DNA from: Octopus sinensis
Taxonomy: Eukaryota
Reading direction: 5' to 3'
NCBI RefSeq assembly: GCF_006345805.1
Contig: NW_021824289.1
Coordinates: forward strand, 1 to 19,987
DNA length: 19,987 nt
This document shows, piece after piece, positions 1-9,051 of this stretch; the stretch's first letter is position 1, and the number at the start of each line of letters is the position of its first letter. The position numbers and the translations under genes are program-made. The notes beneath the pieces were generated by a model. The model saw only the letters and a program-made list of their open reading frames with translations. It was not told the DNA's origin and made no database searches.

Positions 1-236
1 GTCACCACCACCACCAATATCATTACCACCACCTCAACCGCCACTGTCACCACCACCACCACCTCAACCACCACTACCGCCACTATCACCACCACCACCA
101 CACATTCACCACTAACCCCACCATCAACATCAGTATCACAATCACCATCAACACCACCACCACCACCACCTCAACCACCACTCACAACCACCACCCACCA
201 CCGCCACCACCACCACCACACTGCACCCCATCTCCC
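1..236. repeat. Degenerate (ACC/CAC)n trinucleotide low-complexity tract
   Basis: Runs of accaccacc with atc/aac variants throughout. Confidence 0.9.
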
Positions 237-600
237 CCCTCTCTCACTGCAAAACCATCTCTGTTCCTTTTTTTTCTTTTTTAAGGTTAGTTTTTTTCCT
301 CATTCCTCCTTTCTCCACCCTCGCCCTCCACTCCTCACCCAACTCAACGCTACCCCTATTTAGGGTTTGCTGTCTGATGTGTTTTGTTGTTTCTGGTTTT
401 TTGCAGTGTAATGGATAGGGATAATGAAGGGTGTTATTAGCAGTATGTATGTGTGCGCACATGCGCGTGTGTGTGTGTGTGTGTGTGTGTGTGTCTGTGT
501 ATGTGGGGGGGGGGATGTGGGGTAAGGTATGAGATACTTTGGTTTGAGGATGTTTTGAACTTTTTTTCAAATATACATACATATAAATATATATATATAT

Positions 601-855
601 CATCATCATCATCATCGTTTAACGTCCGCTTTCCATGCTAGCATGGGTTGGACGGTTCAACTGGGGTCTGGGAAGCCAGAAGGCTGCACCAGGCCCAGTC
701 TGATCTGGCAATGTTTCTACGGCTGGATGCCCTTCCTAACGCCAACCACATCTGAGAGTGTAGTGGGTGCTTTTTACGTGCCACTGGCACAGGTGCCAGG
801 GCAGGCTGGCAATGGCCACGAACAGTTGGTGCTTTTTACGTGCCACTGACACAGA
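601..855 (-). mobile_element. Family D retroposon 3' end (probable RTE-clade LINE 3'UTR or derived SINE) with (GAT)n tail
   Basis: (cat)n followed by cgtttaacgtccgctttccatgctagcatgggttggacgg...ggctggatgcccttcctaacgccaacc and two units of the ggtgctttttacgtgccac minisatellite. Near-identical sequence occurs at 9102-9353 and, inverted, at about 16060-16330. Confidence 0.75.
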
Positions 856-870
856 CGTGCAATTCAGATA

Positions 871-1582
871 CGAGGGGCGTTCAATAAGTAATGCCCCTGA
901 TCCACTTGAAGTTGTTCGATCTAGCTGAAATTTTGCATGTGCAATCATTTATATCTCTATATATTAAGTGGCAAATTACAGCTCTAAACTAATTGTGGTT
1001 TCTGATTTACAGGTGTTTGAACTGAGTCAAGTGTGAAATGGAGTCTGTTGAATGTCGAGCAGTGATCCGGTTTTTGTACTTGAAAGAACGCACACCACGG
1101 GAGACTTTTGATGAAATGAAAGTAACTTATTGTGATAATGCCCCATCATATGACCTTGTAAAACGCTGGCATCGTGAATTCAAACATGGTTGGAACTCTG
1201 TGGAAACAGCTCCCAGATCTGGTCGCCCCCTTCTGCCATTGATGAGGCATCTGTCCATCAAGTTGAGGCTGCCATTTTGGAAGATCGACACATAACTATT
1301 CGCGAAATAGCCCATGAGGTCAAGATTAGTACCGGGTCTGTGGAAACTATCATTCATGACCATTTGCATATGCGAAAGGTGTCTGCCAGATGGATTCCCA
1401 GGTTGCTCACATCTTTCCAGAAGCAAGAACGCGTCGATTGCTCGAGGATGAATTTGGGGATGTGCAAAGAAGATGAGTCAAAATTTTTCAAAAGACTGAT
1501 TACACAGGATGAAACCTGGGTCCATCACTATGATCCAGAGACCAAAGCCCAGTCAATGCAGTGGAAGCACCGTGACTCCCCT
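871..1582 (+). mobile_element. Mariner DNA transposon, 5' half (irritans/Himar1-like): left TIR plus frameshifted, truncated transposase
   Basis: TA (869-870) then cgaggggcgttcaataagtaatg, similar to Hsmar2/irritans TIRs. ATG 1038 gives MESVECRAVIRFLYLK...VKRWHREFKHG...RSGRP; after a 1-nt deletion in the C-run at 1226-1230 it continues ...MRKVSARWIPRLL...RLITQDETWVHHYDPETKAQSMQW (linker motif and first catalytic Asp). The rest of the D,D34D domain and the right TIR are absent. Confidence 0.92.
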
Positions 1583-2111
1583 ATCTTGCCCAGGACATCA
1601 ATCGTCTGGAAGCTGTTCAGCGACGTGCAACCAAAAGAATACCCTCCATCAGGCATTTGCCATATCCTGAACGCCTTACTTCCCTGGGCATGGACACATT
1701 GAAACTCCGACGTCTGGCAGCTGACCTGGCAGACACCCATAAAATTATCAACCATCGCACAAACAATAACACTGAGCACCTCTTCAAACTCCACCCGTCT
1801 AACACCCGTGGACATATTTACAAAGTAAGAAAACAGCACAGCTCCCATGACTTCAGGAAACATTTTTTCACGCTGAGAGTTGCTGAAGCATGGAACAAAC
1901 TGCCGGCATCGGTTGTTAGTTGTCGGAACACTGCATTCTTCAAAACTTCCATGCTTCCTGGGATTCACCAACACTACACTTGATTTTCTCCCCTCCATAC
2001 ACACGCAAGCATGTTCATTTTCCAGACATTTCTACATTACTGCATGTACTTTATATGCACTTTCTGACAAGTTGTGGTGCACCTGAGCACTGTATACAAT
2101 AATTTCATTAT
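1578..2111 (+). mobile_element. CR1-clade LINE, 5'-truncated 3' end (ORF2 C-terminus plus 3'UTR)
   Basis: Open frame 1579-1983: PYLAQDINRLEAVQRRATKRIP...YPERL..LGMDTLKLRRL..DL...TRGH....RKHFFTLRVAEAWNKLP, the characteristic CR1/L2 ORF2 C-terminal motifs. It is followed by a short UTR ending aataatttcattat. Confidence 0.88.
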
Positions 2112-2124
2112 AGAATAAAGTCTA

Positions 2125-2310
2125 CAACCAGTAAGACAAGAATGGTAGGGGTGACAGAATGCAACCTTGTCTCACTCCAATGAAGATGTTGAGGAAGTCT
2201 ATCTTTCCCTGTTTCCATTTGAACACAGCATCGCCAATTTGAGTGAAGTTTTCTTTAAAGATATCAACAAAGCATTGAGGAATGCCAAGGGACAAGGCAG
2301 TTCTCAACAG
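2125..2310 (-). mobile_element. Non-LTR retrotransposon reverse transcriptase fragment (RTE-like)
   Basis: Minus-strand translation SLGIPQCFVDIFK...GVRQGCILSPLPF. GVRQGCILSP is the RT domain 4 motif typical of RTE/BovB-like elements. Confidence 0.75.
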
Positions 2311-2354
2311 GGAGTCTCTGTGGGGACACAAACACACACACATAAATTAAAAGT

Positions 2355-2685
2355 CTTATCTATCTATATATCTATCTGTCTGTTTGTCTCTCTCTCTCTC
2401 TCTATCTATCTGTCTGTCTGTCTCTGTCTGTCTGTCTGTCTGTCTCTCTATCTATCTGTCTCTGGCTGTCTCTCTCTCTCTCTCTCTGTATCTACCTATC
2501 TGTCTGTCTGTCTCTCTGTATCTATCTGTCTGTCTGTCTGTCTGTCTGCTTGTCTTTCTGTCTGTCTCTCTATCTATCTATCTATCTATCTATCTGTCTC
2601 CCAGCCTACCTACCTACCTGCCAGTCTCTCTGTCTGTCTGCATGTCAGTTTCTCTCTCTGTCTGTCTCTCTCTCTCTCTCCGACG

Positions 2686-2746
<61 letters not shown>

Positions 2747-2772
2747 CACAACACAACACACACACACACATA
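2355..2772. repeat. Compound microsatellite (ATCT/GTCT/CT)n, (AT)n, (CA)n
   Basis: Direct reading; explains the spurious ORFs 2167-2805 and 2384-2890. Confidence 0.95.
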
Positions 2773-2861
2773 CACATTGATCGACGTATATGCATATTTA
2801 GGTAATATGAAAGTTATTCATTCGATAATGCGGTCATCGGTTTCTAACACAGGAAAAAAGA

Positions 2862-3082
2862 CGGGACAGTTACGGTTGGAAGGCCTTTAATCATATAGCT
2901 GCTCAATCTGGAGAGACCTGGGACTACAAAACCACCAAAAAAATAGAAAAAAAAACGACACGACAACAAAAAAATGCACGTTGAGTAACGGTTGTCCAGT
3001 ATACGGTGAGATGGTCATGCCAGGAATGTCGGAGCTTAGATTTGGTCAATCAGGGCCGACCTGTCGCTAAACAACTGCAACG
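2862..3082 (+). repeat. Two degenerate copies (about 2862-2945 and 3008-3082) of a ~75-nt dispersed repeat (label F) ending ggggctaaacaacaa-like
   Basis: Both align to the reverse complement of the motif ggtcagccctgatccagcagac...ccagctgtgaccatcc seen several times at 5922-6330. Confidence 0.55.
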
Positions 3083-3199
3083 AAAACACTAGTAACCTAT
3101 AATACTTTGAAATAAGTCGCATTTGATAAAATGTCTTAGTCCAGCAAATATGAACGATTTGTCTGTGTGTGTCATCCTGGTACATGTAATGAGAGTGGA

Positions 3200-3347
3200 C
3201 TGATAGATGGGATACACCGCTTTGACTATTGTTACACCGTACCTTCTCGGTTCTCGGTTCAATCCCACTTCTCAGTGGTTCGTGAATCGTAGGGGAATAG
3301 GTGACAGAGGAGGGAGATCTGCGATCGCCAGTTCGATACATCGTTAG
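3200..3347 (+). other. Candidate non-coding first exon of DMAP1 (start unknown; ends at donor AG|GTAAGA)
   Basis: The first coding exon has a strong acceptor at 7040-7041, so an upstream exon is expected. This is the best consensus donor (GT at 3348-3349) in the only CpG-rich non-repeat island upstream. The start coordinate is a guess. Confidence 0.4.
3243..3341 (-). CDS. Candidate first coding exon of an unidentified divergent gene (MYRTGDRRSPSSVTYSPTIHEPLRSGIEPRTEK)
   Basis: ATG with A at -3 (aacgATG), 33 open codons, then donor AAG|GTACGG in phase 0, in unique sequence. No homology recognised. Confidence 0.3.
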
Positions 3348-3469
3348 GTAAGATAACCTGGGAAATTTTGTCTATTAATCTGTCGACGATTTTCTTCACG
3401 CGACGCATCTGTTATACGCAACATTTCCCTCCCCCCCAACACAAAGCATATATATTATACACACACATC

Positions 3470-3559
3470 TATCTATCTATACATCTGTCTATCCGTCTAT
3501 CTATCTATCATCTATCTATCTATCTATCTATCTATCTACCTACCTGCCTATCTATGTAC

Positions 3560-3596
<37 letters not shown>

Positions 3597-3735
3597 AATC
3601 TATCTATCTCTGTGTCCATCTGTCTATCTATCTATCTATCTGTCTGTCTGTCTATCTATCTATTTATCTAACTACCTACCTATCTACCCATCTATCTGCC
3701 TGTCTGTCTATCTACCTATCTATATATATATATCT
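3470..3735. repeat. (ATCT)n/(GTCT)n microsatellite
   Basis: Direct reading. Confidence 0.95.
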
Positions 3736-4273
3736 GCATTCCTCATTTCTCATATTATTTAGTTCTTTAAGAAGAGTAGTGTTGACAGTGACTTCGAAGT
3801 TCCGGCCTGGTTAGAGTTCAACGAAACTTCGAAGTTACTGTCCATATTATTCTTGTTAAAGAATAATAGCTATATACTCTACAAAAAGAATCGAGCAATC
3901 ATTCAGTTTCATGTAGAAATTGTGTTTTTCCTCTCACAACTCCATATAAAATACAGAAACATATATACATTTCTGAGTACCTCATTTCTTCTAATATAAA
4001 ATACCTGTACATCATCTCCAAACCTTATATTTACAGATATTTATTTGTATATTACATGTTTTTATCCATCATATATCATATATATATATATATATAATAC
4101 TTTACATTTGGTATTTGAGTACTCTTTTTTTCCACCTTGTTTCACATTTATGTGTTTACTCCTAATGTATGTATATATATGTATATATAATGTGTGTGTG
4201 TGTCTTTATATACACACACACACTGGATATATATTCTTTCATTGAAAAGGCGTAATTTGTCTTTCTACGCACT

Positions 4274-4935
4274 TATTGCAAATCTATATAATAGAATATG
4301 TATATGTATAATTAGTGTATGGTATGTAGATGTGTGTGTATAAAGTCGGCATTGGATGCATGTGTGTATATAAACACAATGTGAGAACGTTTAGTGATGC
4401 ATTATTCTCTTTTACTCTTTTACTTGTTTCAGTCATTTGACTGCGGCCATGCTGGAGCACCGCCTTCAGTCGAGCAAATCGATCCCAGGACTTATTCTTT
4501 GTAAGCCCAGTACTTATTCTATCGGTCTCTTTTGCCGAACCGCTAAGTGACGGGGACGTAAACACACCGGCATCGGTTGTCAAGCAATGCTAGGGGGACA
4601 AACATATATATATACATATATACGACAGGCTTCTTTCAGTTTCCGTCTACCAAATCCACTCACAAGGCATTGGTCGGCCTGAGGCTATAGTAGAAGACAC
4701 TTGCCCAAGGTGCCACGCAGTGGGACTGAACCCGGAACCATGTGGTTGGTAAGCAAGCTACTTATCACACAGCCACTCCTGCGCCTATATATTGCAAATC
4801 TATATAACAGAATATGTATATGTGTGTATATGTATAATTAGTGTATGGTATGTAGATGTGTGTGTGTGTATAAAGTCGGCATTGGATGCATGTGTGTATA
4901 TAAACACAATGTGAGAACGTTTAGCGATGTATTAT
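4274..4935 (+). repeat. Long direct repeat pair (4274-4405 and 4790-4935) flanking a SINE
   Basis: tattgcaaatctatataa...gagaacgtttag(t/c)gatg(c/t)attat occurs twice. The copies differ by 3 substitutions and 14 nt of microsatellite length. Confidence 0.9.
4406..4789 (-). mobile_element. Full-length tRNA-headed SINE, family C
   Basis: Minus strand: ggcgcaggagtggctgtgtg (A-box-like), gggttcagtccc (B-box-like), ccttgggcaagtgtcttc (CORE-like), central (TA)n, and tail (aaaagagt)n. Further copies at 6429, 9666, 13980, 14411, 16900 and 19545. Confidence 0.88.
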
Positions 4936-5054
4936 GAATGTCTACGTATTGTGTTGTTGTCCACGTTAACTTGGATCAAACAGATTTTTGATCGAAGATG
5001 TTCTTGGCTATGTCCACCCAGTCACCTTTATGATAAGCTTGATTTTAAACGTGT

Positions 5055-5917
5055 TCCCTAGAATCGATCTATTGCATTTCAATCCGTTTTAGGGTTAGAG
5101 TTCGGGTTAGGGTGGGGGGAAGGGTATCTTTTTTTTCTTCACAAATGTAAATAAACCCAATTTGTTTCTTAAACGAGGGACATATTCATACGGCACAGAA
5201 TGTTTTCACCTCAATAGACGTCATTGATTGGTTGAAATTGCAGAAACTGAAAAAAAACAAAAAAAACAACAAATATCTTACAAACTATAGAATTTTCTCA
5301 ATAAAGCCAAGAGAAAAAGATGTTTTATAAACACATTCTACCAGTATACGAAATTTAAAAGTGTTTAGTTACGTGGAAATTATTTTAAAAAACTGCCGGT
5401 CAAACCGAAAAGATCCCTGTTTCTTAAACGAGGGACATATTCATACGGCACAGAATGTTTTCACCTCAATGGACGTCATTGATTGGTTGAAATTGCAGAA
5501 ATTGAAGACAAAAAGAACAACAAATATCTTACAAACTATAGAATTTTCTCAATAAAGCCAAGAGAAAAAGATGTTATAAACACATTCTACCAGTATACGA
5601 AGTTTAAAAGTGTTTAGTTACGTGGAAATTATTTTAAAAAACTGCCGGTCAAACCGAAAAGATCCCTGTTTCTTAAACGAGAGACATATTCATTCAGCAC
5701 AGAATGTTTTCACCTCAATGGACGTCATTGATTGGTTGAAATTGCAGAAATTGAAGACAAAAAGAACAACAAATATCTTACAAACCATAGAATTTTCTCA
5801 ATAAAGCCAAGAGAAAAAGATGTTTTATAAACACATTCTACCAGTATACGAAATTTAAAAGTGTTTAGTTACGTGGAAATTATTTTAAAAAACTGCCGGT
5901 CAAACCGAAAAGATCCC
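5055..5917 (+). mobile_element. Non-autonomous DNA-transposon-like element whose terminal ~250 bp is tandemly triplicated (5163-5417, 5418-5666, 5667-5917)
   Basis: Three near-identical units, each ending aaaactgccggtcaaaccgaaaagatccc, with an internal ttagggttagagttcgggttagggt tract. A diverged inverted relative lies at 10835-11075. Class (MITE vs Helitron-type) is unresolved. Confidence 0.7.
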
Positions 5918-5921
5918 AATA

Positions 5922-6330
5922 GTATTCCAGTTGTGACCATCACACCTGATATTTATTCCAAGTATATCTAGGACTACAGTATCTCATGTCTTCTTCATTA
6001 TTACTATTGTTTAGCCTCGTGCCAGCCCTCATCCAGCAGACCAATGGTCAAAGATATTCCAGCTGTGGCCACCCTGGCTTTTATTCGGCCATAATATATC
6101 TGGGACTATACCATCTAATGTTACATCCTTGTTATTATTTCGTGTTTAGTTCTTGGTCAGCCCTGATCCAGCAGACATGGATTAAAGGCGTCCCAGCTGT
6201 GACCATCCTGTCTTTTATTTAGACAAATTGTATCCCAAGTCAGCCCTGTTCAAGTAGAGCTATGGTCAAAGGTTTTACCAGTAAGGGCCGTCTCATGTTT
6301 CCTTTATCAGGACCTACATTGTCTAATGTA
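5922..6330 (-). repeat. Old degenerate cluster of repeat F with ~130-bp period
   Basis: ccag(t/c)tgtg(a/g)cca at about 5929, 6059 and 6193; tatatct(a/g)ggacta at about 5963 and 6096; cagccct.atccagcagac at about 6025 and 6160. Confidence 0.6.
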
Positions 6331-6428
6331 ATCCTTTTCTTGATTTAAGATTGTGTGGTCTGCAGGAGTTTTGGCTGCTATTTCTAGCAGACTTAGTTAC
6401 CACATAGAAGTCTTCTTTGATATTCATA

Positions 6429-6639
6429 TACTCTTTTACTTGTTTCAGTCATTTGACTGCGGCCATGCTGGAGCACCGCCCTTTAATCGAGCAAATCGAC
6501 CCCAGGACTTATTCTTTTGTAAGCCCAGTACTTATTCTATCAGTCTCTTTTGCCGAACCGCTAAGTAACGGGGACATAAACACACCAGCATCGGTTGTCA
6601 AGCAATGCTAGGGGGACAAACACAGACACACAAACACAT

Positions 6640-6670
<31 letters not shown>

Positions 6671-6844
6671 CATATATACGACAGGCTTCTTTCAGTTTCC
6701 GTCTACCAAATCCACTCACAAGGCATTGGTCGGCCCGAGGCTATAGTAGAAGACACTTGCCCAAGGTGCCACGCAGTGGGACTGAACCCGGAACCGTGTG
6801 GTTGGTAAACAAGCTACTAACCACACAGCCACTCCTGCGCCTAT
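6429..6844 (-). mobile_element. Full-length SINE, family C
   Basis: Colinear with 4406-4789 from tail (tactcttttacttg) to head (ccactcctgcgcctat). Confidence 0.88.
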
Positions 6845-6854
6845 TGTGTATATA

Positions 6855-6891
<37 letters not shown>

Positions 6892-7076
6892 TGCTGAAGT
6901 AGCTACCAATGGTTTCATGTTAGCAGGATCTCTACAATTTTTAAGCATATCACACAGGAACATTGGTACTCGTCTCCATTTTGGATATATATTTATATAG
7001 ATATTTTTATTTATTCATTTATATTTATTTTCTCACTTCAGAAACATCTGCCGGCACCACTAACATCCTGGTCAAC

Positions 7077-7172
7077 ATGGCAATGAATTGTGACATCCGA
7101 GATATTCTGGAGTTGGATACTGACAAACCTTATGAACCAGTCACTAAGAAATCGTTGATGAATGACAAAAAA
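7077..7172 (+). CDS. DMAP1: DMAP1 coding exon 1 (MAMNCDIRDILELDTDKPYEPVTKKSLMNDKK)
   Basis: Matches the DMAP1 N-terminus D(V/I)RDILEL...KK. Acceptor ttctcacttcag at 7041 gives 35 nt of 5'UTR; donor gtaagc at 7173, phase 0. Confidence 0.9.
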
Positions 7173-7394
7173 GTAAGCAATCACAAATTTTTTAATCTAT
7201 GTCTGTCTGTCTGTCTCTCTCTGTCTCTCTCTCCTCTTTGATTGTCAAGTTTCTTTTCTTCAAATTTATATAAATTTTGAAACAATAATGAAGAGCTAAC
7301 TGATTTTTATATTTCTTGGGAACTTTTTGTAATTTTTTGCATATATCCCCAACGATTTCGATCCATTTTAATCGTTGTTCCTATTTTTTTAAAT

Positions 7395-8398
7395 TTGTTT
7401 TCGCCCCCCCCCTCCTCCTCGAAAAGAAAAACTCTACATTGTAATTGTCCCCTCTGTATTTAGCCGTGTGGCCAATAAAGAAATTTATCTATTTATCTAT
7501 CTAACAACCAGTCAGTCTATTTATCTATCTACCTGTCTATCTATCTGTTTACCTGTCTATTTACCTGTCTATCTATCTGTCTACCTACCTGTCTATCTAC
7601 CTGTCTGTCTATCTGTCTACCTGTCTATCTACCTGTCTATCTATCTGTCTACCTGTCTATCTACCTGTCTATCTATCTGTCTACCTGTCTATCTACCTGT
7701 CTGCCTTTTGCTCATCCATCCATGCATCCACTTGTTTTCGCCCCCCCCCCTCCTCCTCGAAAAGAAAAACTCTACATTGTAATTGTCCCCTCTGTATTTA
7801 GCCGTGTGGCCAATAAAGAAATTTATCTATTTATCTATCTAACAACCAGTCAGTCTATTTATCTATCTACCTGTCTATCTATCTGTTTACCTGTCTATTT
7901 ACCTGTCTATCTATCTGTCTACCTACCTGTCTATCTACCTGTCTGTCTATCTGTCTACCTGTCTATCTACCTGTCTATCTATCTGTCTACCTGTCTATCT
8001 ACCTGTCTATCTATCTGTCTACCTGTCTATCTACCTGTCTGCCTTTTGCTCATCCATCCATGCATCCACTTGTTTTCGCCCCCCCCCCCTCCTCCTCGAA
8101 AAGAAAAACTCTACATTGTAATTGTCCCCTCTGTATTTAGCCGTGTGGCCAATAAAGAAATTTATCTATTTATCTATCTAACAACCAGTCAGTCTATTTA
8201 TCTATCTACCTGTCTATCTATCTGTTTACCTGTCTATTTACCTGTCTATCTATCTGTCTACCTACCTGTCTATCTACCTGTCTGTCTATCTGTCTACCTG
8301 TCTATCTACCTGTCTTTCTTCCTGTCTATCTATCTGTCTACCTGTCTACCTGTCTATCTACCTGTCTGCCTTTTGCTCATCCATCCATGCATCCACTT
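7395..8398 (+). repeat. ~337-bp tandem triplication (units start 7395, 7732, 8070): retroposon-like 3' tail plus (ATCT/ACCTGT) microsatellite
   Basis: ttgttttcgcccccc...gaaaagaaaaactctacattgtaattgtcccctctgtatttagccgtgtggccaataaagaaat recurs three times, with matching microsatellite and ctgccttttgctcatccatccatgcatccac ends. Confidence 0.92.
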
Positions 8399-8567
8399 CT
8401 CTCCTTCCCTCTCTATCCAGCCATCTTTTTGTCTGCTTCTATCCAAGAGTCTTCCTATCTTTCTATTCTTTTGTAATCTACATTTTCACTCTTTTAATGC
8501 TCCGTGCATTTAATATGCTAATCCTAATCCTAATCCTCACCTTTCTAAAATACTTCCTCATTTTCAG

Positions 8568-8653
8568 TGCAAGACCAAAAAAGCTGAGCCAACCTTTAAA
8601 CGACCTGAAGGAATGCACAGGGAACTATGGGGCCTGTTGTGGACAGACAACAA
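8568..8653 (+). CDS. DMAP1: DMAP1 coding exon 2 (CKTKKAEPTFKRPEGMHRELWGLLWTDN + AA)
   Basis: The TFKRPEGMHRE motif is diagnostic of DMAP1. Acceptor ttttcag at 8567; donor gtaggg at 8654, phase 2. Confidence 0.95.
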
Positions 8654-8712
8654 GTAGGGACATATTTACTATTTCTCTCTCTCTCTCTCTCTGACCCGTA
8701 CTCTATCAATCC

Positions 8713-8940
8713 TATTTCTTTACTACCCACAAGGGGCTAAACACAGAGAGGACAAACAAGGACAGACAAACGGGTTAAGTCGATTACATCGACCCCAGTG
8801 CGTAACTGGTACTTATTTAATCGACCCCGAAAGGATGAAAGGCAAAGTTGACCTCGGCGGAATTTGAACTCAGAACCTAGCAGCAGGCGAAATGCCGCTA
8901 AGCATTTCGCCCGGCGTGTTAACGTCTTTGCCAGCTCACC
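8713..8940 (-). mobile_element. SINE family B with ~17-bp TSD
   Basis: Reverse complement of 18793-19022; B-box gagttcaaattcc. Flanks are cgtactctatcaatcct (8697-8713) and cgtaccctatcaatcct (8940-8956). Confidence 0.88.
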
Positions 8941-9051
8941 GTACCCTATCAATCCTGCTGTCCCCTAGGGTTGGGTTTAATTCTCCATGCTCTTTCCTCT
9001 GTTGTAAATCATCAATCAATTTATTTGCCAATATCTCCAACAACAGCAACC

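Noticed and set aside
1190-1702. Mariner-CR1 fusion protein
   Set aside because: The CR1 coding frame is shifted relative to the mariner frame at the junction, so the read-through is out of frame.
2919-2932. GGGACTACAA resembling a ZNF143/Ronin housekeeping-promoter motif
   Set aside because: It aligns with the degenerate ggggctaaacaacaa end of repeat F and lacks the following TCCC.
5085-5113. TTAGGG telomeric repeats / interstitial telomere
   Set aside because: Only 2-3 imperfect units, internal to a dispersed element.
5361-5804. Duplicated 64-aa ORFs (MFSYVEIILK...)
   Set aside because: They span unit junctions of the 250-bp tandem repeat, start at GTG, and show no recognisable domain.
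6963-7076. N-terminal extension of DMAP1 from the upstream open frame
   Set aside because: The frame crosses a strong acceptor at 7041, homology starts near ATG 7077, and the candidate upstream exon has an in-frame TGA (3302-3304) with no ATG after it.
7722-8513. 263-aa ORF (and similar ORFs at 2167-2805, 2384-2890, 3368-3814, 17548-18385)
   Set aside because: These are translations of ATCT/GTCT microsatellites (YLSI/CLSV repeats) with no protein-like complexity.
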